Assembly (NCBI GenBank): GCA_040756235.1
Contig: JBFLZG010000072.1
Coordinates: 1-64,000, forward strand
Source of the DNA: a bacterium
GTDB lineage: Bacteria > Desulfobacterota > DSWW01
DNA: 64,000 nucleotides
Direction of reading: 5' to 3'
In this document: positions 21,009-30,572 of the stretch, one piece after another
Layout: each line of letters begins with the position of its first letter
How positions within the stretch are numbered: the stretch's first letter is position 1
Notes under the pieces: generated by a model
What the model saw: only the letters and a program-made list of their open reading frames with translations
Database searches by the model: none
What the model was told of the DNA's origin: nothing
Position numbers and translations under genes: made by a program

Positions 21009-21186
21009 CGTGGGGGCTCCCGTCAGGCTATGTGAAGAAGGGGTGGTGCCGTTGCTGTCCCGGGCGTTAACCGGGGCCGTGATCTCTTACGGATCACCTC
21101 TCCTGGGCGGGACTGTAAGGCCCGGACCGGCCGGATGTCAATGACGAATTGCGCGGGCCGGCCGGAGACCGGTCGCGCCAGCCCGC

Positions 21187-21798
21187 TCATACCATCTTCA
21201 CGACGATGTCGCCGATGATGTTCGCGGCCTCATCGACGCGGTCGGCGCTGCGGTTGAGATGGCGGTAGATCTCCCGCAGGCTGAACATGAGCCGCAGATC
21301 CTCGCCCGCGAAGAGGTCCCGCAGCGCCGCGAGGTACTTCTTGTTCATGCCGTTCTCGGTCCGCTTGGCACTCAGCGCGTAGTCGGTGGCCACGTTCGGG
21401 TTGTTCTTCAGGTGCCGCATGGCGGCGGCGAGCTGCTCGGCGCCCTCTTTCAGCAGGGCCGCCATCCCGCACAAATGGCTGTTGCTGCGCACCTCGAAGA
21501 CTTCCATCTCGTCCACCGTGTTCTTGGCGTGGTCCAGCACGTCGTCGATCGCGCGGGAAAGGCCGAAGATGTCTTCGCGGTCGATCGGGGTGATGAAGGT
21601 CTGGTTGAGCTCGTCGATGAGGACGCGGCGCACGTCGTCCGCCTCCTGCTCCCAGCGGCGCACCTCTTCGGCCCCGGTCTGACCCTGGAAGAATCTGAGG
21701 AGGGCGTCGCAGCCGCCCAGGGTCTTCTCCGCCTGCCGCAGGAGGAGCTCGTAGAAATCGACCTTTCTCCTCGGCGAAAAGAGTCTCCAGAATGCCAC
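21187..21798 (-). CDS. DUF47 family phosphate transport regulator (PhoU-like)
   Basis: E..AD..RR.LI.ELNQTFITPIDREDI..L...IDD; downstream of PiT. Confidence 0.9.
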   Translation of the reverse strand: MAFWRLFSPRRKVDFYELLLRQAEKTLGGCDALLRFFQGQTGAEEVRRWEQEADDVRRVLIDELNQTFITPIDREDIFGLSRAIDDVLDHAKNTVDEMEVFEVRSNSHLCGMAALLKEGAEQLAAAMRHLKNNPNVATDYALSAKRTENGMNKKYLAALRDLFAGEDLRLMFSLREIYRHLNRSADRVDEAANIIGDIVVKMV

Positions 21799-21845
21799 GG
21801 CTTCAGGTTCCTTTCCGATCGTTCCTTTGCGATACGCCTAGCTAG

Positions 21846-22119
21846 GAGCCTGTCCAAGAATTCGGCTCCGGGAGGCTGTTCAGAAATGTCCAGATGCAAG
21901 GCGCGCGACAATTCCGCAGGACAGCGGAATTGGACGCATCATCCCTCAGGATGATGCGCCCGGAGGGCGAGCGCCATGGACGGCGCGAGTCAAATCCCGA
22001 GGAATGAGGCGTACATGGGAGTACGCCGCAATGACCCCGGCTTTCGCCGGGGCAGGCTGCCCCGGGACCTCGACGCCCCATGAGCGCAACGCAGCAGATG
22101 GGCACTTATGGACAGCCTC
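21846..22119 (+). mobile_element. MITE copy 3, expanded by nested hairpin insertions
   Basis: GAGCCTGTCC...GGACAGCCTC flanked by CTAG at 21842-21845 and 22120-22123. Confidence 0.75.
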
Positions 22120-23142
22120 CTAGCGCACGAGGATCTGTATCAGGACCCAGCATGCGCCGGCTCCCAGCAGACCTGAAAGGGGGATCGTCACGATCCAGGC
22201 ATTCATGATGTTGCGAGCCAGAGACCAGCGCACGGCGCTCAGGCGCCGGGACGCGCCGACGCCCATCACGGAAGACGCGACGACTTGGGAAGTGCTCACG
22301 GGCCCCCCCAGGAGCGAAGCGCACGCGATGATCGATGCAGCCGCGAACTGCGAGGAAAAGGAGTGGGCGGGCTGCATCCTGAAGATATTGTACCCCACTG
22401 TCTTCACGATGCGCCATCCGCCGGCCCACATCCCCAAGGCAAGGGCCGTGCCGCAGCCCGCCACCACCCACAGGGGCAGCGACCGATCCCCGGGAAAGCT
22501 CGCCTCGGCGGCCGCAAGCGCCATCGCGATGACGCCCATCGCCTTCTGGGAGTCGTTGGACCCCTGCGTGGCGGCGAGAAACAGGACGCTCGGCGTCTGC
22601 AGCGCCACGAAGAAGTGGCGGATGCCGGTATGGGCCTGACCGAACCAGGTCCTGAGGGCGGAAAACACCAGGAAGCCGGCCGGCAACCCGACCAGGGGCG
22701 CCAGGAAGAGAGGCGCCACCACGGTCTTCAGGACCTCACCCGGCACGATGGCGGTATGTCCGAGGGTCACCCAGCCCGCACCCAGCAGGCCTCCGATGAG
22801 GGCGTGAGAGCTGCTGGAAGGCAGCCTGAGCACCCAGGTGAAGAGATTCCAGGCGATGGCGGCGCCGACCGCGCCGATGATGAGGAGGTGCAGGTCCCGG
22901 CCGCCGAGGCCCTGCAGGAGCTCGGGATTCAAGATCCTTGCGGCCACGGTCCTGGCCACCGCCGTGCCGAGAAGCAGGGCGCCGGCAAGCTCGCCCAGCG
23001 CGCCCAGGGCCACCGCCTTCCGGGGTTCCATCGACCTGGAGCTGACGATCGTGGCGATCACGTTGCCCCCGTCGTGCAGCCCGTTGATGAACGCGAAAAG
23101 CAGCGTGACGGCGACGGCGGCGGCCAGCAGTGGTTCGTTCAA
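22120..23142 (-). CDS. pit: Inorganic phosphate transporter, PiT family
   Basis: NGLHDGGN..AT, LPSSSSHALIGG, GSNDSQK.MG, GGWRIVKTVG, PVSTSQ; probable TTG start 23142. Confidence 0.9.
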   Translation of the reverse strand: MNEPLLAAAVAVTLLFAFINGLHDGGNVIATIVSSRSMEPRKAVALGALGELAGALLLGTAVARTVAARILNPELLQGLGGRDLHLLIIGAVGAAIAWNLFTWVLRLPSSSSHALIGGLLGAGWVTLGHTAIVPGEVLKTVVAPLFLAPLVGLPAGFLVFSALRTWFGQAHTGIRHFFVALQTPSVLFLAATQGSNDSQKAMGVIAMALAAAEASFPGDRSLPLWVVAGCGTALALGMWAGGWRIVKTVGYNIFRMQPAHSFSSQFAAASIIACASLLGGPVSTSQVVASSVMGVGASRRLSAVRWSLARNIMNAWIVTIPLSGLLGAGACWVLIQILVR

Positions 23143-23314
23143 GTGCGACCCCCCCCGGGCGGGCGTGCGTGGAGACGAGCTGCCTTCCTTCATGGAACGG
23201 ATGCGCTTTTGTTGTCAAGCGTCTCGTGCGACGCAAGGGCGATGTGAATGCCGGCCGCCCGCCCGCGGGTTGTTCTCGGCAAGTCTAAAACACTGTTGCC
23301 GAAACCTCGTTCGC

Positions 23315-23344
23315 TTGACTTGGCGAAATCCGTTGGTCGATAAT
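23315..23344 (+). promoter_or_regulatory. Putative sigma70 promoter
   Basis: TTGACT-N18-GATAAT upstream of 23391. Confidence 0.4.
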
Positions 23345-23390
23345 ATTCGCCCCGACTTTTCCCGTAGCAGATTCCATGCGGAGCATCGCC

Positions 23391-26300
23391 ATGAAGATCG
23401 GCATCGACATAGGATCCTGTTATACGAAAGCCGTCATCCTCGACGAAGGTGGAAGGATCGCGGACCAGGAGTTCATCCGGCACGGAGGCCGGCCGCTCAC
23501 CGGGCTCGGGCGTTTTCAGAGCCTGCTCGATGAGAACGGAACCGCCGCCGGGGTCACGGGCTCCCTGTGCGGCCTCCTGGAAAGCCGCAGCGGGCCCCCC
23601 GTCGACGAAGTTCAGGCCATGATCCGGGGCAGCCTTCATCTGGCCGGCGCCTTCAACAACATCCTCTACCTCGGCTCGAGCAGCATCTCGCTGATCAAGA
23701 TCAATGCAGAGGGAAAGCTCCTGGATTTCCGCGCCAACTCGGTCTGCGCCGCCGGAACCGGCTCCTTTCTGGACCAGCAGGCGGGACGCATGGGGCTCGG
23801 CCTCACCGAGACCGCGCGCTTCGGCGGCACCGACGACCCGCCGTCGGTGGCGGCGCGTTGCGCGGTCTTCGCCAAGTCCGATCTCATCCACCGACAGCAG
23901 GAGGGCTACACCATCCCGCAGCTCTGGTGCGGCCTTTGCCGCGGCCTCTCTTTCACCATCACCAACACGCTCCTGCTCGGCGAGTCGTTGAAAGGCAGGA
24001 CCGTGGTGATCGGAGGGGTCGCCCTGAACCGGGAAGTGATGCGCTGGCTCGCGCGCCTCCTCGGGGGGGAGTTGCTCTTCGTCGACCACCCGCACCTGGC
24101 CCCGGCCGTGGGCGCCGCGCTGCTGGCGAACGGCACCAAGCGGGCCGCGGCAGGCTCGCGGCTCCCGCAAGCTTCCCAGACCGAAGGGCGGGCCGCGGAA
24201 CGCTACCGGCCGCCCCTGGTCCTCGAGCGCTCCCGCTTCACTCCTTCCGCAGCCTACCGGGAGGAAATCGACGAAGCGGGAAACGAGATCCGGCTCCTCG
24301 AACCGCTCGGCGGGACGCACCGCGTCAGCCTGGGCATGGACGTCGGGTCCACGTCCACCAAGATCGCCCTGCTGACCGAGGAGAAGAAGGTCGTCCTGGA
24401 CATCTACCGGAGAACCGCGGGCGACCCGATCGGCGCGATGAAGAAGCTCCTCGAGGCCACGAGCCGTGTGCTCGCCGAGTCGGGGGCGGCCTGCACGGTC
24501 GACGCCTGCGGCACGACCGGCTCCGGCAGAAAGCTGGTCGGGCAGATCCTGGGGGCGGACGAGATCGTCAACGAGATCACCGCCCACGCCCGCGGCGCCC
24601 TGTTCCAGTTCGGGGAAGGCATCGAGACCCTGTTCGAGATCGGCGGCCAGGACTCCAAGTACGTGCACATGCAGGGCGGCCGCGTCGACCACGTCAACAT
24701 GAACTACGTCTGCGCGGCCGGGACCGGCTCTTTCGTCGAGGAGCAGGCGGCCAAGCTGGGCATCCGGCTGCAGGAGATCGGCGACATCGTGCAAGGCATC
24801 GCCCCGCCCTTCACCTCGGAGCGGTGTACGGTCTTCATGGAGCGGGACGTCGAAAAACTGCTGCGCGAGGGATTCACCCGGGAAGAGTCGATGGCGGCCG
24901 TGCTCTACTCGGTCTGCTTCAACTACCTGACCAAGGTGGTGGGGAACCGGCCGGTCACGGGCGACAGGATTCTCTTCCAGGGCGCCACGGCAAAGAACAA
25001 GGGGCTCGTGGCGGCTTTCGAGGCGATCCTGGGCCGCGAGATCCTCACGTCCCACTTCTGCCACGTGGCGGGCTCCATCGGCGCGGCGCACCTGGCCCGT
25101 GAACGGGTGGAAGGCTCCGGCAGGGCGACCCGGTTCCGCGGGTTGGACCTGTTCGCACGCCGCATCCAGGTCTCGTATTCGCAGTGCGACTTCTGCGTCA
25201 ACCACTGCAAGATCACGCACGCCAAGATCGAGGGAGACGATGCCGCGCCGTCCTGGGGGTATCTGTGCGGGCGGGAGCCGGAGGAGACCCGGAGAAAAGC
25301 GAACGCGCTCTACGAGCCCTTTGAAACCAGGAGAAGGCTCTTCAAAAAGGCCGCCTCATTCCAGACGAAGGAGAGTGCGTCCCTCGAGGTGACCCTGCCG
25401 AGCGCCCTGTCCTTCCACGCTTATCTCCCTCTCTGGAGCGCTTTTTTTCATCGCCTCGGCATCCCGACGCGCGTCACGAAGCAGACCGACCGCGAGATCA
25501 CCGAGGCCGGCATCTCCGTCTCCTCGGCGGAGTTCTGCTTTCCCGTCAAGGTCTTTCTCGGCCACGTCCGCAAGGCCCTGGACGAAGGCCGCGGCCTCGT
25601 CTTCCTGCCCCACCTGATCAACGGCCAGAAGACGCGGTTCACCACCAAGGCCGCCTTCTGTCCCTACGTGCAGGCGAGCCCCTCGATCGCACAATCCTCC
25701 GAGCTCCTGTCCGAAAGCCTCCGGGACCGGCTGCTCCACCCGGTCGTCGACTTCTCTCTGCCCGACTGGATGAACGTGCGGGAGCTCCATGCCTCGCTCG
25801 CGCGGTTCGGGTTCGGTCGCAGCCGGGTGCGGCAGGCCTGGAAGGCCGGCCTCGAGGCCCTGAACGATTTCCGCGCCAGGTGCGCCGAGGAGGGGCGGCG
25901 CATCCTTGCAGAGACGGAAGCTTCCGGACAGAAGGCGGTCGTCGTGGTCGGGAGGCCCTACAACGTGTACGACGGCGGGGTCAACCTCGAGATCCCCAGG
26001 AAGCTCTCGGAGCTGGGCTTTCGGGTGATCCCTTACGAATTCCTGCCCTTTGACGAGAAGGACCTCGATCCCTTTTTCCGCAACATGTTCTGGTATTACG
26101 GCCAGCGCATCCTGGACGCGGCTCGCTACGTGAAGGAGCGCAAGAACCTCTTTCTCCTTTACCTCACCAATTTTTCCTGCGGGCCGGATTCCTTCATTCT
26201 CACCTACGTGGAAGAAATCCTCGGCAGCCGGCCGTTCCTCATCCTGGAGATGGACGAGCACAGCGCGGACGCCGGATACAGCACCCGCCTGGAAGCTTTC

Positions 26301-27623
26301 GCGGACGTCATGGCCAGGTATCGGGAAGACGGGCCGGACAAGAGCTACCTCTACGTGAAGCGCGAGCCGACCGATCTCAGGAACAAACAGATCCTTCTGC
26401 CTCCCATGCACCCGGCCGTGGTCACGATGTTCGGCGCCGCTTTCGAAAAGCACGGCTACCGCAGCCTGCCCCTTCCGGAGATCACCTCCGAGCAGTTCGA
26501 GCTCGGCCGCAAGCACACGCGGGGCAGCGAGTGCCTGCCGGCGCACGTCACGACCGGCAACATCCTGCACACCCTGGAAGCCCGGGGCCTGCGGCCGGAC
26601 GAGGTGGCGCTGTTCATGCCGACCAGCGACGGCCCCTGCCGGTTCGGCCAGTACGCGACCCTGCAGCGGGTCCTGTTCAACAAGCTCGGGTACGAGGACC
26701 TGACGATCCTGTCCCCCTCGGCCCACAACGCTTACCTCGGCCTCGAGGACGCGCTCCGCAAAGATCTCTGGAAGGGCGTTCTGGCGGGTGACGTGATCTA
26801 CAAGCTCTATTGCCGGGTCGCCCCGTACGAGCGCGAGCCCGGGGAGGCCCGGCGCACCTTCGAGTCGGTGCTCCGAGCCTCCGCCCAGGCCTTCCGCACC
26901 GGCCGCCCCTACACCGGGGTCATCGAGGACGCGCACGCGGCTTTTTCCGCAGTCCCGATGCGGGACGTGCGTAAACCCCTGGTCGGCATCGTGGGCGAAA
27001 TCTTCGTCCGGTGCAATCCCTTCTCCTGCGACCGCATCGTGGAGTGCGTGCTGGAAAACGGGTGCGAGCCCTGGCTGGCGCCGATCAGCGAGTGGATCCT
27101 GTACACTTCCTACATCTATCGCTACGAGGCGCGCAAGAGGCTCCAGCCCGGGGAGATCCTCAAGGCCTACGTGAAGAACAACTTCATGACGCGGCTGGAG
27201 CACCGCGCCTACGAGGCCGCAGGAGAGCTGCTCCGGGACCGGCACGAGCCTTCGATGGAGGCGATGATCGAGCACGGCAGCAAGTACTTCCCCGTGGAAT
27301 ATACCGCCGAGGCCATGCTCAGCGTGGGGCGGGCCTGTTCCTTCATCAGCAGGGACCGGGCCGAGCTCATCGTGAACGTGTCGCCCTTCACCTGCATGCC
27401 GGGGACCACCACCAGCGCCATCTTCAGGCAGATCAGCGCCGAGACCGGGGTGCCGGTCGTGAACATGTACTACGACGGCACGGTCGGCGTGAACGGCAAG
27501 GCCGCGGTGTTTCTCCGCAACCTGGGGCAGGCGGCGGAGCCTCAGCCCACCTCGCAGGGCAGGTTTGCCACGGAACGCTCCGACCAGGGCGCGTCATTCC
27601 CGCGAAAAGAGGCTGTCTCATAA
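23391..27623 (+). CDS. CoA-substrate-specific enzyme activase (2x BadF/BadG/BcrA/BcrD ATPase + DUF2229-like domains)
   Basis: GIDIGS..TK, CAAGTGSF twice, RCAVF/RCTVF, EIGGQDSK, CFPVK, FSCGPDSF, ECLP, GPCRFGQY, PFTCMPG. Confidence 0.9.
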   Translation: MKIGIDIGSCYTKAVILDEGGRIADQEFIRHGGRPLTGLGRFQSLLDENGTAAGVTGSLCGLLESRSGPPVDEVQAMIRGSLHLAGAFNNILYLGSSSISLIKINAEGKLLDFRANSVCAAGTGSFLDQQAGRMGLGLTETARFGGTDDPPSVAARCAVFAKSDLIHRQQEGYTIPQLWCGLCRGLSFTITNTLLLGESLKGRTVVIGGVALNREVMRWLARLLGGELLFVDHPHLAPAVGAALLANGTKRAAAGSRLPQASQTEGRAAERYRPPLVLERSRFTPSAAYREEIDEAGNEIRLLEPLGGTHRVSLGMDVGSTSTKIALLTEEKKVVLDIYRRTAGDPIGAMKKLLEATSRVLAESGAACTVDACGTTGSGRKLVGQILGADEIVNEITAHARGALFQFGEGIETLFEIGGQDSKYVHMQGGRVDHVNMNYVCAAGTGSFVEEQAAKLGIRLQEIGDIVQGIAPPFTSERCTVFMERDVEKLLREGFTREESMAAVLYSVCFNYLTKVVGNRPVTGDRILFQGATAKNKGLVAAFEAILGREILTSHFCHVAGSIGAAHLARERVEGSGRATRFRGLDLFARRIQVSYSQCDFCVNHCKITHAKIEGDDAAPSWGYLCGREPEETRRKANALYEPFETRRRLFKKAASFQTKESASLEVTLPSALSFHAYLPLWSAFFHRLGIPTRVTKQTDREITEAGISVSSAEFCFPVKVFLGHVRKALDEGRGLVFLPHLINGQKTRFTTKAAFCPYVQASPSIAQSSELLSESLRDRLLHPVVDFSLPDWMNVRELHASLARFGFGRSRVRQAWKAGLEALNDFRARCAEEGRRILAETEASGQKAVVVVGRPYNVYDGGVNLEIPRKLSELGFRVIPYEFLPFDEKDLDPFFRNMFWYYGQRILDAARYVKERKNLFLLYLTNFSCGPDSFILTYVEEILGSRPFLILEMDEHSADAGYSTRLEAFADVMARYREDGPDKSYLYVKREPTDLRNKQILLPPMHPAVVTMFGAAFEKHGYRSLPLPEITSEQFELGRKHTRGSECLPAHVTTGNILHTLEARGLRPDEVALFMPTSDGPCRFGQYATLQRVLFNKLGYEDLTILSPSAHNAYLGLEDALRKDLWKGVLAGDVIYKLYCRVAPYEREPGEARRTFESVLRASAQAFRTGRPYTGVIEDAHAAFSAVPMRDVRKPLVGIVGEIFVRCNPFSCDRIVECVLENGCEPWLAPISEWILYTSYIYRYEARKRLQPGEILKAYVKNNFMTRLEHRAYEAAGELLRDRHEPSMEAMIEHGSKYFPVEYTAEAMLSVGRACSFISRDRAELIVNVSPFTCMPGTTTSAIFRQISAETGVPVVNMYYDGTVGVNGKAAVFLRNLGQAAEPQPTSQGRFATERSDQGASFPRKEAVS

Positions 27624-27625
27624 TT

Positions 27626-27740
27626 CGTCATCCCGGCCCATGTGCGGAGCGCGTGTGAGCCGGGATCCAGAAGCCTGCTGCCGCAACGAGCTGAAATCAC
27701 GCGGTGCAGGGGCTGGATTCCGGCCTTCGCCGGAATGACG
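27626..27740 (+). repeat. CGTC-tagged REP dimer, copy 4 (extra half-site at 27819-27835)
   Basis: Same arms as 4337-4451. Confidence 0.8.
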
Positions 27741-27971
27741 GAAATCGTGCGGCCGCGCCTCCGAGTCCTCCGGAATGAGTGGTCGCACGAGGGTCTGACC
27801 GGATTTATGACACACCCTCCTTCGCCGGAATGACGGAAATCATTAGCCGCGCCGCGGTGCCCTTGGGAACAAGGGTTGCGACACAGCCGCGCAAAGCGCG
27901 AATCCCTCTGCCCCCGGATGCTGCTCGCGGCCGCCCGGCTGCCACAGCCGGGGGTGACCACCTTTCCCCTT

Positions 27972-29144
27972 TCAGTGCGGCCTCAGCACGACCTTGATGC
28001 AGTTGTCCTGCTTCTTGCGGAACATCTCGTACGCCAGCGGCCCGTCGTCCAGGGGCATGCGGTGTGTGATGACGAAGCTCGGGTCGATCTCGCCCCTCTG
28101 AATCCGCTCGAGGAGCGGCCGCATATACCGCTGGACGTGGCACTGGCCGGCCCGGATCGTCAGCGAGCGGTTCATGACCGATCCGAACGGGAACTTGTCG
28201 ATGAAACCGCCGTAGACCCCGACCACGGAAACCGTGCCGCCGTTGCGGCATGCCATGATGGCCTCACGCAGCGCGATCGGCCTGTCGGTCTCGGCCATGA
28301 ACGCCTGCTTGACGCGATCGTAGGCGTACACCGGACCCGGCGTGTGCGCCTCCATTCCGACCGCGTCGATGCAGGCATCAGGTCCCCGCCCTCCCGTCAT
28401 CTCCTTGAGCGTCCCCTGAAGATCGTTCTCTTCGTAATCGATCGTCTCCGCCCCGACCTTCTCCCGCGCCATCTGGAGCCGCTCGGGAAAGCGATCGATC
28501 CCGATGACCCGCTCCGCGCCGAGCAGAAAGGCGCTCTTCATGGCGAACTGGCCGACCGGCCCACAGCCCCAGACCGCGATCGTATCGCCGGGCTGTATGC
28601 CGCACATCTCGGCGCCCATGTACCCGGTCGGAAAGATGTCGGAGAGGAACAGGACCTGCTCGTCTCCCATTCCCTCCGGCACCTTGAGCGGGCCGACGTC
28701 CGCGAAAGGCACGCGCACGTATTCGGCCTGTCCGCCGGCGAACCCGCCCGTGAGGTGCGAGTAACCGTAAATGCCTGCAGGCGAGTGCCCCCAGAATTTC
28801 TCCGCCATCCAGGCGTTCGGGTTGGTGTTCTCACAGAGGGAAAAGAGCGCGTTCTGACAGGAGAAGCAGCTGCCGCACGAGATCGTGAACGGGACGACCA
28901 CCCGGTCCCCCTTTTGAATGTTGTGCACGTCCCTTCCGGTCTCGACGACCTCGCCCATGAATTCATGGCCGAGAATGTCGCCCTTTTCCATGGTGGGGAC
29001 AAATCCGCCGTACAGATGCAGGTCCGAGCCGCAGATGGCCGTCGACGTGACCTTCACGATGGCGTCGCGCGGGTCGAGGATCTTCGGATCCGGTACCTGC
29101 TCGACCCGTACCTCTCTCTTGCCCATCCAACAAATGGCTTTCAC
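27972..29144 (-). CDS. Zinc-dependent alcohol / formaldehyde dehydrogenase-like protein
   Basis: ICGSDLH, GHEFMG, CGSCFSC......[18 protein letters not shown] start after GGAGG. Confidence 0.92.
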   Translation of the reverse strand: MKAICWMGKREVRVEQVPDPKILDPRDAIVKVTSTAICGSDLHLYGGFVPTMEKGDILGHEFMGEVVETGRDVHNIQKGDRVVVPFTISCGSCFSCQNALFSLCENTNPNAWMAEKFWGHSPAGIYGYSHLTGGFAGGQAEYVRVPFADVGPLKVPEGMGDEQVLFLSDIFPTGYMGAEMCGIQPGDTIAVWGCGPVGQFAMKSAFLLGAERVIGIDRFPERLQMAREKVGAETIDYEENDLQGTLKEMTGGRGPDACIDAVGMEAHTPGPVYAYDRVKQAFMAETDRPIALREAIMACRNGGTVSVVGVYGGFIDKFPFGSVMNRSLTIRAGQCHVQRYMRPLLERIQRGEIDPSFVITHRMPLDDGPLAYEMFRKKQDNCIKVVLRPH

Positions 29145-29172
29145 GGTGTTTCCTCCACGGGTATATGGAAAT

Positions 29173-30135
29173 TCAGGGGAACTCGACCGGCAGCGGCGGA
29201 GCCGTGGCCACGGCTCCGCGTTGCACGCCTTCTCCATCCGTCTGCGGTTCCGCCGGCGGTTGCGCCGGGTGCATGCCGGCATGAATGCTCGCATCCGAGC
29301 GGACGATGTCGCCGGTCTCGAGGATCTGCTTCAGCAGGCGCAGGGCCCGCTCGAGCTGAAGACCGGATACGGCGCCCAGCACCCTGGCGAAGCTCGAGCG
29401 AGGGTACTCGAGCTCGAGCCGGACCACCGTGCCGCGCGCGCCCGGCGCCCGCTCGAAGCGCACCGCCCCGGAGTGTTTTGCGTCCGCGGAGCGCCAGGCG
29501 ATGCGCGCGCCCGGCTCATCCTGCACGATCTCGGCGTCCGACGGCCACGCGTTTTTCGTCGATGCCTTCACCTCCCCGTGCCGCCGCTTGCCTCCCGTCA
29601 TGCGAAGAGAATCGAGCCGGTCCAGGAAGGTCGAGAATTTCTCGGGGTCCTTCCAGAAGAAATACACATCCTCCGGGGACCGGTTGACGCTGATCGTTTT
29701 CTCCACGCGCGTGCGGGAGGAGTCGCGGGTCGATCGGACGGCGCAATAGGCATCCAGCCCCATCACCGGCAGGACCGCCGCGGTCGTTGCCGCCAGTCTT
29801 GTGCGGCTCGCGCCCTTGGTCCGCATGGCCGCACCCAGCGAGGCGATATCCACGGCGTCGCCCGCCAGCCGCCCCCACAGCCAGGCTGCGGGCTTGGTCC
29901 CGGACAGGAGCCCGACTCCTACCGCCACCTCACGAGCGCCGTAGGAGCGTATCAGCGCGCGCCTTCGAGTCTTGTCGCGAATGCCGATCAGGCGCCCGAC
30001 CTTTTCAGGCGCCGCGAGCTCGGCGAGTCCCAGGCCGATGCTGAACCACCCCAGGCCTTGGGCAACGCGACTGCCGCCATTTTTCAGAGGCGCTCGCCGG
30101 CGCCCATGCTCATGCCGCTCGGACCGAATGGCCAT
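29173..30135 (-). CDS. SRPBCC / polyketide cyclase-like protein with N-terminal membrane region
   Basis: [51 protein letters not shown]. Confidence 0.85.
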   Translation of the reverse strand: MAIRSERHEHGRRRAPLKNGGSRVAQGLGWFSIGLGLAELAAPEKVGRLIGIRDKTRRRALIRSYGAREVAVGVGLLSGTKPAAWLWGRLAGDAVDIASLGAAMRTKGASRTRLAATTAAVLPVMGLDAYCAVRSTRDSSRTRVEKTISVNRSPEDVYFFWKDPEKFSTFLDRLDSLRMTGGKRRHGEVKASTKNAWPSDAEIVQDEPGARIAWRSADAKHSGAVRFERAPGARGTVVRLELEYPRSSFARVLGAVSGLQLERALRLLKQILETGDIVRSDASIHAGMHPAQPPAEPQTDGEGVQRGAVATAPPLPVEFP

Positions 30136-30572
30136 TGTTTTACCCTCCTGCTGGTGAGTCACGAATACATCTCGGTCCCATCTCGCCCAGCGCGGGACAG
30201 GAGGCCCCGGCGGCGCACGCCGCCTGCTGCCGCCGACGGGATTTGCACGGCTGTGCCCGATTGCCAGACCGGCCATGCCTCTGCCAGGGTTCCCGCCTCG
30301 GCGTTCCCTGTTCCGGCTGTCTCGCAGGCGAACCTCCCGCTGCGGCAGAGCCACTAAGAACAGATTAACGGAGGAGTGCGATTCGAGAATGGGTCGGCGG
30401 CTGTATTTTCGTGGAGCAGGGGGATGTATTTTTCCGGCGGGCGCTCCGGGGGGCATTCTCGGCGGGGGCGCAGAGCAGGCTCACTCACCGGCGCAGCGCT
30501 TGGCTGGGGCGAAACGAGGCTGTTCTTCCTTACAGGATCTGCGTTAGTCGCCTGTTCGTGAAAAGCACAGTA

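Noticed and set aside
1915..27961. Short ORFs over intergenic repeats (VIPAQAGIQ, SRDPEA, MRRTWQY-type peptides)
   Set aside because: Translations of REP/MITE DNA, not supported as genes
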